Of a stretch of DNA of 64,000 nt, positions 52,796-64,000 are shown in pieces; the stretch's first letter is position 1, and every line of letters begins with the position of its first letter. A program made the position numbers and the translations under genes. The notes below the pieces were generated by a model. That model was given only the letters and a program-made list of their open reading frames with translations. It was not told the DNA's origin and did no database searches. Source of the DNA: Squalus acanthias (lineage: Eukaryota); assembly GCA_030390025.1 (NCBI GenBank), contig CM059432.1, forward strand, positions 372,001-436,000. Direction: 5' to 3'.

Positions 52796-55452
52796 ATCGA
52801 ATCATAGAATGGTTACAGCACGGAGGAAGGCCATTCGGCCCGTCGAGCCCGTGCCAGCTCTCAGTTAGTCCCACTCTCCCGCCCTTTCCCCGGAGCCCTG
52901 CAATTTTCTTTCCTTCAGATACTTATCCAATTCCCTTTTGAAAGATTAGATTGAATCTGCCTCCACCACCCTTTCAGGCAGTGAATTCCAGATCTTAACC
53001 ACTCGCTGGTTAACGGGAGGGCAAATTATTATTTAAATGGCAATAAATTGGGAGAGGGGGAAGTACAGAGAGACCTGGGTGTTCTTGTACACCAGTCACT
53101 GAAGGCGAGCATGCAGGTGCAACAGGCGGTCAAGAAGGCAAACGGTATGCTGGCCTTCATAGCAAAAGGGTTGGAATACAGGAACAGGGATACCTTGCTG
53201 CAGCTGTACAGGGCACTGGTGAGACCACACCTCGAGTACTGTGTACAGTTTTGGTCGCCTCATCTGAGGAAAGATGTTCTTGCCATGGAGGGGGTGCAGC
53301 GGCGATTCACCAGGCTGATACCAGGAATGGCGGGATTGACCTATGAGGAGAGACTATGTAGTTTAGGGATGTACACACTGGAGTTTAGAAGATTGAGAGG
53401 GGACCTCATAGAAGTGTATAAAATTCTGACAGGTCTAGACAGACTAGATGCAGAAGGAATGTTTCCCTTGGCGGGTGAGAACAGAACTAGAGGACATCAT
53501 TTAAGGATAAGGGCTAAACCATTTAGGACAGAAATGAGGGGGAATTTCTTCACTCAGAGGGTGGTGAACCTGTGGAACTCATTGCCACAGAGGGCAGTGT
53601 CCGCCAGCTCATTAAATATATTTAAGAGGGAATTAGATATATTTCTACAGGCAAAAGGGGTTAAGGGTTACGGAGAGAAGGCGGGGACGGGATACTGAAT
53701 TGGAGGATCAGCCATGATCTCATTAAATGGCAGAGCAGGCTCGAAGGGCCGGATGGCCTACTCCTGCTCCTATCTTCTATGTATGTATCTATGTATGCGT
53801 AAAAAGGTTTTTTCTTACGTTGCCTTTGGTTCTTTTGTCAATCACCTTAAATCTGTGTCCTCTGGTTCTCGACCCCTCTGCCAATGGGAACAGTTTCTCT
53901 CTATCTACTCTGTCCAGACCCCTCATGATTTTGAACGCCTCTATCAAATCTCCTCTCAATAGAAAAACATAGAAGAAAAAATAGGAGCAGGAGTAGGCCA
54001 TTCGGCCCTTCGAGCCTGCTCCACCATTCAATATGATCATGGCTGATCCTCTATCTCAATACCATATTCCCGCTCTCTCCCCATACCCCTTGATAGAAAC
54101 ATAGAAAAATAGGAAGAAACATTGAAAAATAGGCATTCTTCAATAGCTCAACCTTCTCTGCTCTAAGGAGAACAACCCCAGCTTCTCCAATCTATCAACG
54201 TAACTGAAGTCCCTCATTCCTGGAACAATTCTCGTAAATCTTTTCTGCACCTTCTCTAAGGCCTTCACATCCTTCCTAAAGTGTGGTGCCCAGAATTGGA
54301 CACAATACTCCAATTGGGGCCGAACCAGTGTTTTTTACAGGTTCATCATAATTTCCACACTTTTGTACTCTATACCTCTATTCATGAAGCCCAGGATCCT
54401 GTAAGCCTCTTTTAACTGCTTTCTCAACCTGCCCTGCCACCTTCAACGATTTGTGCACACATACCCCCAGGTCTCTCTGTTCGTGCACCCCCTTCAGGAT
54501 TGTACCCTTTAGTTTATATTTCCTCTCCTCATTCTTTCTACCAAAATGTATCATTTCACATTTTTCTGCGTTAAATTTCATCTGCCACGTGTCCGCCCAT
54601 TTCACCAGCCTGCTTATGTCTTCCTGAAGTCTATCACTATCCTCCTCACTGTTCACTATACTTCCAGGTTTTGTGTCATCTGCAAATTTTGAAATTGTGC
54701 CCTGTACACCCACGTCCAAGTCATTAATATATATCAAGAAAAGCAGTGGTCCTAGAACCGACCCCTGGGGAACACCACTGTATACCTTCCTCCAGTCCGA
54801 AAAACAACTGTTCACTACTACTCTCTGTTTCCTGTCACTTAGCCAATTCCATATCCATGCTGCCACTGTCCCTTTTATTCCATGGGTTTCAACTTTGCTG
54901 GTAAGCCTATTATGTGGCACTTTATCAAACGCCTTTTGGAAATCCATGTACACTACATCAACCGCATTGCCCTCATCAACCCTCTCTGTTACCTCATCAA
55001 AGAACTCGATCAAGTTGGTTAAACACAATTTGCCTTTAACAAATCCATGCTGGCTTTCCTTAATTAATCCACACTTGTCCAAGTGACTGTTAATTTTGTC
55101 TCTGATTACTGTTTCTAAAAGCTTCCCCACTACCGAGGTTAAACTGACTGGCCTGTAGTTGCTGGGTTTATCTTTACACCCTTTTTTAAACAATGGTGTA
55201 ACATTTGCAATTCTCCAGTCGTCTGGCCACCACCCCTGTATCTAAGGAGGATTGGAATATTATGGCCAGTATTTCTGCGATTTCCTCCCTCAATTTCCTC
55301 AGCATCCTAGGATGCATCCCATCCGCTCCTGGTGATTTATCTACTTTAAGTACAGCCAGCCTTTCTAATACCTCTCTTTATCAATTTTTATCCTATTAAG
55401 TGTCTCCACTACCTCCTCCTTTACTATGTCTATGGCAGCATCCTCTTCCTTG
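52796..55452 (-). mobile_element. 5'-truncated CR1 (copy C) with two nested CR1 inserts (53010-53795, ~53959-54150)
   Basis: Mirror of 38697-40249 including the 5' junction. Confidence 0.88.
53010..53795 (+). mobile_element. Young 5'-truncated CR1, near-identical to 41434-42212
   Basis: ORF 53048..53698 matches the end of the 615-aa ORF except AVSASS/AVYANS. Confidence 0.92.
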
Positions 55453-55811
55453 ATTATTCAAGAATCAGCGCACATTGACTAACAGTTGCATAATACAAAC
55501 TTCAACCTGCAGCTAATAATGCTTATTTCATCCGTCCATGTTAGCTAGTGGGAATCTGAAATGGAGATTTCTCAGGATTCTTTCACCCAGAGGGTGCTGG
55601 GGGTCTGGAACTCACTGCCTGAAAGGGTGGTAGAGGCAGAAACCCTCATCGCATTTAAAAAGTACTTGGATATGCACTTGAAGTGCCGTAACCTACAGGG
55701 CTACGGACCAAGAGCTGGAAAGTGGGTTTAGGCTGGATAGCTCATTTTCGGCCGGCACAGACACGATGGGCCGAATGGCCTCCTTCTGTGCTGTAAATTT
55801 CTATGATTGTA

Positions 55812-58236
55812 TGAAAGACACACCCAGCCCATTCGACCCTGCAAAGTCCTCCTCACTAACATCTGGGGACCTGTGCCAAAATTGGGAGCGTTGTCCCACA
55901 GACTAGTCAAGCAACAGCCTGACAGAGTCATACTCACAGAATCAGACCTTACAGCCAATGTCCCAAACTCCTCCATCACCATCCCTGGGTATGTCCTGTC
56001 TCACCGGCAGGACAGACCCACCAGGGGTGGGGGCACAGTGGTATACAGTCAGGAAGGAGTGGCCCTGGAACTCCTCAACATTGACTCCAGACCCCGTGAA
56101 AACTCATGGCTTCAGGTCAAACATGGGCAAGGAAACCTCCTGCTGATTACCACCTACTGCCCTGTCTCAGCTGATGAATCAGTGCTCCTCCATGTTGAAC
56201 ACCACTTGGAAGAAGCACTGAGAGTAGCAAGGGCACAGAATGTACTCTGGGTGGGGGACTTCAATGTCCATCACCAAGAGTGGCTCGGTAGCACCACTAC
56301 TGACCGAGCTGGCCGAGTCCTGAAGGACATAACTGCCAGACTGGGCTTACATAGGATTACATCGGATATACGGCCCAGAAACAGGCCATTCGGCCCAACC
56401 AGTCCATGCCGGCGTTTGGGCTCCACTCGAGCCTCCTCCTGTCATTCCTCATTTAACTCTATCAGCATAACCCTCTATTCCCTTCTCCCTCATATACTTG
56501 TCCAGCCTCCCCTTAAATGCATCTATACTATTCGCTTCAACCACTCCCTGTGGTAGCGAGCTTCGCATTCTCACCACTCTCTGGGTAAAGAAGTTTCTTC
56601 TGAATTCCCTATTGGATTTCTTGGTGACTATCTTATATTGATGGTCTGCAGCAGGTGGTGAGAGAACCAACATGAGGAAAAGCCTACTTGACCTCGTCCT
56701 CACCAATCTACCTGTCGTAGATACATCTGTCCACGACAATATTGGTAGGAGTGGCCACCACACAGTCCTTGTGGAGATGAAGTTCCGTCTTCACACTGAG
56801 GGTACTCGCCATTGTGTTGTGTGGCACTACCACCGGATAGATTAAGAACAGATCTAGCAGCTCAAAACTGGGCATCCATGAGGTGCTGTGGGCCATCAGC
56901 AGCAGCAGAATTGTATTCCACCACAATCTGTAACCTCATGGCCCGGCATATCCCTCACTCTACCATTACCATCAAGCCAGGGGACCATCCCTGATTCAAT
57001 GAGGAGTGTAGAAGAGCATGCCAGGAGCAGCACCAGGCGTACCTAAAAATGAGGTGCCAACCTGGGGAAGCTGCAACACAGGACTGCATGCATGGTAAAA
57101 AGCGGAAGCAGCATGCTATAGACAGGGCTAAGCGATTCCACAATCAACGGATCAGATCAAAGCCCTGCAGTCCTGCCACATCTAGTCATGAATGGTGGTG
57201 GACAATTAAACAACTAACGGGAGGAGGAGGCTCCATGAACATCCCCATCCTCAATGATGGCGGAGCCCAGCACGCGAGTGCAAAAGACAAGGCTCAAGCG
57301 TTTGCAACCATCTTCAGCCAGAAGTGGATGATTCATCTCGGCCTACTCCTGAGGTCTCCACCATTGCAAAGGCCAGTGTTCAGCCAATTCGATTCACTCC
57401 ACGTGTTATCAAGAAACGGCTGCGCGCACTGGACACAGCAAAGGCTATGGGCCCCTGACAACATCCCGGCTGTCGTGCTGAAGACTTGTGCTCCAGAACT
57501 AGCCGCACCTCTAGCCAAGCTGTTCCAGTACAGCTACAAAACTGGCATCTATCTGACAATGTGAAAACTGCCCAGGTATGTCCTGTCCACAAAAAGCAGG
57601 ACAAATCCAATCCAGCCAATTACCGCCCCATCAGTCTACTCTCAATCATCAGCAAAGTGATGGAAGGTGTCATCGACATTGCTACCAAGTGACACTTACT
57701 CACCAATAACCTGCTCACCGATGCTCAGTTTGGGTTCCGCCAGCACCACTCGGCTCCAGAACTCATTACAGCCTTGGCCCAAACATGGACAAAGGAGCTG
57801 AATTCCAGAGGTGAGGTGACAGTGACTACCCTTGACATCAAGGCAGCATTTGACCGAGTGTGGCATTAAGGAGCCCTAGTAAAACTGAAGTCAATGGGAA
57901 TTGGGGGGAAAACTTTCCACTAGCTGGAGTCATACCTAGCACAAAGGAAGATGGTTGTGTTTTTGGGAGGCCAATCTTCTCAGCCCCAGGACATCGCTGC
58001 AGGAGTTCCTCAGGGCAGTGTCCTAGGCCCAAACATCTTCAACTGCTTCATCAATGACCTTCCCTCCAACACAAGGTCAGAAGTGAGGATGTTCGCTGAT
58101 GACTGCACAGTGTTCAGCGCCATTCACAACTCCTCAGAGAATGAAGCAGTCCGTGCGCGCAAGACCGGGACAACATACGGGCTTTGGCTGATAAGTGGCA
58201 AGTAACATTCGGACCACGCAAGTGTCAGCCAATGAC
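55812..58236 (+). mobile_element. Second-family APE-RT LINE, host of the Gypsy insertion; CR1 3' end inserted at ~56349-56643
   Basis: APE motifs, NYRPISLLS, AAFDRVWH, FADD; breaks at AATGAC|TGT. Confidence 0.85.
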
Positions 58237-58373
58237 TGTAATGTATTACCACATGGTTTGTCACATGGTTTGGTATGAGCATGCTCAGTTCACTCTGGCC
58301 TAATAAAGCAAGCACATGGACTAGCAACTCATCCTGTCTCTGTCCTTCATTTGTTCTACCCAAGTATATTACA
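58237..58373 (+). repeat. 137-bp Gypsy 5' LTR
   Basis: TGTAATGTA...TATATTACA, internal AATAAA, followed by PBS 58377-58394. Confidence 0.85.
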
Positions 58374-58485
58374 TTTTGGTGACGAGGATGGGATCCCAAA
58401 GCCATTTTTAGGGATCATGGAAGGACACAGTTTTCAACCTTCGAGTGGACAAGTTTAAGGTGAATTTGTGACACCTAAACTGAGG

Positions 58486-60339
58486 TTTTTTTAAATTCGC
58501 TTATGGGATGTGGGTGTTGCTGGCAAGGCCAGCATTTATTGCCCATCCCTAATTGCCCTTGAGAAGGTGGTGGTGAGCCGCCTTCTTGAACCGCTGCAGT
58601 CCGTGTGGTGAAGGTGCTCCCACAGCGCTGTTAGGTAGGGAGTTCCAGGATTTTGGCCCAGCAACGATGAAGGACCGGCGATATACTTCTAAGTCAGGAT
58701 GGTGTGTGACTTGGAGGGGAAGTTGGAGGTGGTGGTGTTCCCATGCGCCTGCTGCCCTTGCACTTCTAGGTGGAAGAGGTCGCGGGTTTGAGAGGTGCTG
58801 CCGAAGAAGCATTAGCGAGTTGCTGCAGTGCATCTTGTAGATGGTACACACTGCAGCCACGATACGCCGGTGGTGGAGGGAGTGAATGTTTAAGGTGGTG
58901 GATAGGGTGCCAATTAAGCGGGCTGCTTTGTCCTGGATGGTGTCGAGTGCGTTGTAGATGGTGGAAAGGCTTTGGGGAGTCAGGAGTTGAGACACTCACC
59001 GCAGAATACCTAGCCTCTGACCTGCTCTTGTTGCCACAGTATTTATGTGGCTGGTCCAGTTAAGTTTCTGGTCAATGGTGACCCCCCAGGATGTTGATAG
59101 TGGGGGATTCGGCGATGGTAATGCCATTGAATGTCAAGGGGAGGTGGTTAGACTCTCGCTTGTTGGAGATAGTCATTGCCTGGCACTTCTGTGGCGCGAA
59201 TGTTACCTGCCACTTATCAGCCCAAGCCTGAACGTCGTCCAGGTCTTGTTGCATGCGGGCATGGACTGCTTCATTATCTGAGGAGTTGTGAATGGCGCTG
59301 AACACTGTGCAGTCATCAGTGAACATCCCCATTTCTGACCTTATGTTGGAGAGAAGGTCATTGATGAAGCAGCTGAAGATGTTTGGGCCTCGGACACTGC
59401 CCTGAGGAACTGCTGCTGCGATGTCCTGGGGCTGTGATGACTGACCTTCAACCACCACAACCATCTTCCTTTGTGCTAGGTATGACTCCAGCCAGTGGAG
59501 CGTTTTCCCTGATTCCCATTGACTTCAGTTTTACTAGGGCTCCTTGATGCCAGACTCGGTCAAATGCTGCCTTGATGTCAAGGGCAGTCACTCTCACCTC
59601 ACCTCTGGAATTCAGCTCCTTTGTCCATGTTTGGACCAAGGCTGTAATGAGGTCGGGAGCCGAGTGGTCTTGGCGTAACCCAAACTGGTCATCAGTGAGC
59701 AGGTTATTGGTGAGTAAGTGCCGCTTGATAGCACTGTCAATGACACCTTCCATCACTTTGCTGATGATTGAGAGTAGACTGATGGGGCGGTAATTAGCGG
59801 AATTGGATTTGTCCTGCTTTTTGTGGACAGGACATACCTGGGCTGTTTTCCACATTGTCGGATAGATGCCAGTGTTGTAGCTGTACTGGAACAGCTTGGC
59901 TAGAGGCACAGCTAGTTCTGGAGCACAAGTCTTCAGCACGATAGCCGGGATGTTGTCGGGGCCCATAGCCTTTGCTGCATCCAATGCGCTCAACCGTTTC
60001 TTGATATCACGTGGCGTGAATCGAATTGGCTGAAGACTGGCTTCTGTGATGGTGGGGACCTCGGGAGTAGGCCGATATGGATCATCCACTTGGCACTTCT
60101 GGCTGAATTTGGTTGCAAATGCTCCAGCCTTGTCTTTTGCACTCACGTGCTGGGCTCCACCATCATTGAGGATGGGGATATTCTTGGAGACTCCTCCCGT
60201 TAGTTGTTTAATGGTTCACCACCATTCACAACTGGATGTGGCAGGACTGCAGAGCTTTGAACTGATCCGTTGATTGTGGGATCGCTTTCCCTGTCCATAG
60301 CATGCTGCTTCCGCTTTTTAGCATGCATGCAGTCCTGTG
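58486..60339 (-). mobile_element. 5'-truncated second-family LINE inserted in a T-run of the Gypsy 5'UTR
   Basis: ORFs 59448..60146, 59072..59464, 58549..58995; empty site at ~37235. Confidence 0.88.
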
Positions 60340-60877
60340 TTTTTGCGATGTTTTAACGTTAATGCTGATACAGAATTCTCTGTGCTTCGCCTTCGTGTCT
60401 GTACACACAGCAACAGCGGTGTTGATTCTCACAGGTACACAGGTAGTGGCTGAGTCACTGTTCAACGGGATCGGGACATTCATGGCCGCGCCTACGGGAT
60501 TCATCGGAAGCCTCAGCCTGTATGACCAAGCTCATGAACCATTCAGTTCTTACATTGAGCGGATGGAGATGTTTTTTAGGGCCAATATCATTATTGAGAC
60601 CGAAGGTGCTGATGAGAATGTTCAAGCTCAAAATAAAGCAATTTATGAACGGAAGAAAGCAATCTTTCTAACGGAGATCGGGCCTGATGTCTACGGAACG
60701 TTGACAAACCTACTCGCACCAGGGAAAGCGAAGGATGCGTCGTTTGAAGACATTGTCGATAAACTCGAGGACCATTTCGACCCAAAGCCGTTAGAAATAG
60801 CAGAGAGCTATAAGTTTGGTACCAGAAACCAAAAACAAAGTGAAACCATCAGTGAGTACATTGTAGCTCTTAAGAAC

Positions 60878-60966
60878 AAAAGCAAAATACTGCGGATGCT
60901 GGAAATCTGAAATAAAAACAGAAAATGCTGGAAATACTCAGCAGGCCAGGCAGCCTCTGTGGAGAA
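60878..60966. mobile_element. Short insertion (probable Penelope-related terminal fragment) with AGAAC duplication
   Basis: Absent from the paralogous gag at ~36700. Confidence 0.6.
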
Positions 60967-61079
60967 CCTGTCTTTGCATTGTAACTTCACCACATTTTGG
61001 ATCGTGCGTTGCGAGATAAGTTGTGTGTGGACTGGTGGACGAGCGCACACAGTCCAAGTTACTGAACACTCTGAACCTA

Positions 61080-61972
61080 GGGGGAAAAATTCAGTATCGC
61101 CCTATTTGGGGCGCAATTATCGGCTTGGGCGCAAAGTTTAGCGCCTGGCGCTAATTATCGCCTCCGACTGCAAACTTGACTTTTATCGCCCCTGGAGGTG
61201 ATTGGAGCGCTAAATCAGGCGCTTCACACCTGTCTTAAGGCGCAAAGGCTGAGGAGCGAGGCACTACCTCAGAGCTCTGGTGAAGCTCATGTGATGTCAG
61301 TCAGCAATGGAACACACACACACTGGCCCCGGCCAGTTCTTAAAGGGGAGGGTTGATCTTGCTCTCCATCCACATCCTGCTCATTGCAGCCTTGAATTTC
61401 GGCCTGGAGAGACCTGCACATCAAATCTGCTGAAAAGAACAATGGAGAGGCCCAGGGAAAGAGCTCAGAGTGCAGCCCCCACAGTCTCTTCTAAATCGAT
61501 ACAAGGAAGGGCAAATCAAAATGAACCTGCAAAGTGCTGCTCAGTACCCAAAACTCCTTCACACAGCGTTAAATCTCTCCAGAAGTCTCTCTCTCTCTCT
61601 CTCAGAATGCGTGGTGCAAAAATGTCACCAACAAAAAAAGGCAGGAAGCGGTCGCCTTTAAATAGCGCTCCCCCAGTCCCTTCCTGACTGCAAAACGCTC
61701 CCCTCAACCTGTCGTTGCTAGCGGCAGGCGGTAAGGCAGGGGTGCCACTCAATATCCGCTCCGGGGCGCTACCAGGGCGTTGCGCACTCGACTGACGTCA
61801 CGATCTGCCGGCGCAGGAGACTGTGGCGGTACTGTTTAGCGCCGCCGCAAAATGTCTAGTTAATTTCGTGAGCGACGCAAACATCGCCGCCCACGGGCAC
61901 TAGTTGCTTTGCGCCCCATTAGCGCCCCTTTAAGGCGCTAACGGGAGGCGCAAACCAACTGAATTTTCCCCC
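61080..61972. mobile_element. ~890-bp PIF/Harbinger-like MITE with TSD CTA
   Basis: CTA|GGGGGAAAAATTCAGT ... ACTGAATTTTCCCCC|CTA; empty site at ~36587. Confidence 0.85.
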
Positions 61973-62432
61973 CTATATGTTTGACAGAGCATGCAAAATT
62001 GCCCTATCTATGGAGATGGCGTCTAAGAATGCTCGGGAGCTCCGTCCAACTCAAGTGACTAGTGCAGCTGTGATCTACAGTCACAAAGCCACCGCCAAAC
62101 CTAAAGCTCTGAGAGCGAGTCAAAAGCATGTCGGTGAGAGCAGTTCAGTGAATTGTTATCGCTCCAAGGAAGTCACTCACCACAGTCCTGCCAAAGCAGA
62201 AACGTGAAGTGTTTTCACTGCCTGAAGCAAGGCCATAGTTTAACAGCTTGCAGAGCTGGATCGAAAGCAGGAAGTAAGAACCATTCTAGTGGCAATGCAA
62301 AGCAGCGACAACAAAAGGGAGGAGTTCACAGTATTAAAGTGAACACACCTGATGTGGAAGAACTAGGCATCGACAGTATCTATGCCACTAGCGGCAACGC
62401 TAGCAGTCGTGAGAAAGACTTTTGATCAACGG

Positions 62433-63390
62433 ACGGGAGGACTGCTAACGTTGTACCTTTACTTAAAAAGGGAGAAAAGGATAGACCGAGTAATTACAGG
62501 CCAGTCAGCCTAACCTCGGTGGTGGGAAAATCATTGGAAAAAATTCTGAGGGACAGGATAAATCTTCATTTACAAAGACAAGGATTAATTAGGGACAGTC
62601 AGCATGGATTTGTTAAGGGAAGGTCGTGTCTGACTAACTTGATTGAATTTTTTCAGGAGGTAACAAGGAGGGTCGATGAGGGTCGTGCGTTTGGTGTAGT
62701 CTATATGGATTTTAGCAAGGCTTTTGATCAGGTCCCGCGTGGCAGACTGGTCATGAAAGTAAAAGCCCATGGGATCCAGGGCAAAGTGGCAAGTTGGATC
62801 CAAAATTGGCTCAGAGGCAGGAAACAAAGGGTAATGGTCGAAGGATGTTTTTGTAACTGGAAGGCTGTTTCCAGTGGGGTTCCGCAGGGCTCAGTACTGG
62901 GTCCTTTGCTTTTTGTGGTATATATCAATGATTTGGACTTGAATGTAGGAAGTATGATTAAGAGGTTTGCAAATGATACAAAAATTGGCCGTGTGGTTGA
63001 TAATGAAGAAGAAAGCTGCAGACTGCAGGAAAATATCAATGGACTGGTCTGGTGGGCAGAACAGTGGCAAATGGAATTCAATCCGGAGAAGTGTGAGGTA
63101 ATGCATTTGGGGAGGGCTAACAAGGCAAGGGAATACACAATAAATGGTAGGACTCTGAGAAGGGGGACCTTGGAATGCATGTCCACAGATCCCTGAAGGT
63201 AGCAGGCCAGGTAGATAAGGTGGTTAAGAAGGCATACGGAATGCTTGCCTTTATTAGCCGTGGCATAGAATACAAGAGCAGGGGGGGTTATGCTTCAACT
63301 GTATAAAACAGTAGTTAGGCCTCAGCTAGAGTACTGCGTGCAGTTCTGGTCACCACATTACAGGAAGGATGTGATTGCACTAGAGAGGGT
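62433..63390 (+). mobile_element. CR1 RT fragment (duplicate of 35217-36118)
   Basis: ORF 62519..63196; same junction with Gypsy. Confidence 0.88.
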
Positions 63391-64000
63391 GTCGCTGAGG
63401 GTCAGCATGTAGATGAGAAATAGGAGGGGCCAAGGATAGATCCTTGGAGGACTCCAGAGGTAACGGTGCGGGAGCGGGAAGAGAAGCCCTTGCAGGTTAT
63501 TCATTGGCTACAACTGGATAGATAGGAATAGAACCAGGCGAGGACAGTCCCACCCAGCTGGACAAGGGAGGAGAGGCTCTGAAGGAGGACGGTGTAGTCA
63601 ACCGTGTCAAAGTCTGCCAACAGGTCAAGAAGGACGAGGAGGGATAGTTTAGCACGGTCACAGTTACATCGGGTGTCATTTGTGACTTTGATTCGGGCTG
63701 TTTCAGTGCTGTGGCAGGGGCGGAAACCTGATTGGAGGGATTCACACATGGAGTTGCTGGAAAGATGGGGATGGATTTGGGAGTTCGGGGGTTCTGCAGG
63801 AAAAGCTGCTGCATAAACCTAAGGCAATGGGTCTTCGAGGTGTTTTGTAGGTGGTGGTGATCAGCAGGAGGGTTCGTGGCCTTGTCTGATCCGAGGCAAT
63901 GAGACCTGAAGGGCTCCAGAGGCAATGTTGAGGATTCCCATGGTCGCTCCACCCGCCTGTGTAACAGTGCCCCCCACCCCCCCCATTCCCCCATTCCCCC
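63391..64000 (-). repeat. Inverted duplicate of ~25975-26586 (L2 fragment, old LINE remnant, edge of G-rich repeat)
   Basis: Near-identical reverse complement; ORF 63497..63994 mirrors 25922..26479. Confidence 0.95.

Larger units (their letters stand above)
58237..62432 (+). mobile_element. Gypsy LTR-gag portion (duplicate of 36119-37381) with three arm-specific insertions
   Basis: gag ATG at 60482 (MAAPTGFIGSL), zinc knuckles ~62150-62250. Confidence 0.88.

Overview
Repeat-saturated eukaryotic DNA with no recognisable host gene. The repeat families (CR1 LINEs with octamer tails, Penelope pLTR-like units) suggest a cartilaginous fish, by inference. In order: (1) a young Tx1-type non-LTR retrotransposon (ORF1 end, APE-RT ORF2 with one frameshift, 174-bp 3'UTR repeats) running without a poly(A) tail into (2) a ~13.7-kb (CA)n array punctuated by single G; (3) deeply nested CR1, L2, Gypsy (tRNA-Ser PBS), Penelope, PIF/Harbinger-like MITEs and a second APE-RT LINE family, one copy of which has a tRNA-like Pol III head. 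The window also holds a large inverted segmental duplication (arms ~26.0-40.6 kb and ~44.3->64 kb), shown by shared insertion junctions. A minimal hammerhead ribozyme motif lies in a palindromic Penelope-derived unit near the centre of that duplication. The very long HT/CV ORFs are microsatellite artefacts. Element boundaries are read by eye and are approximate.
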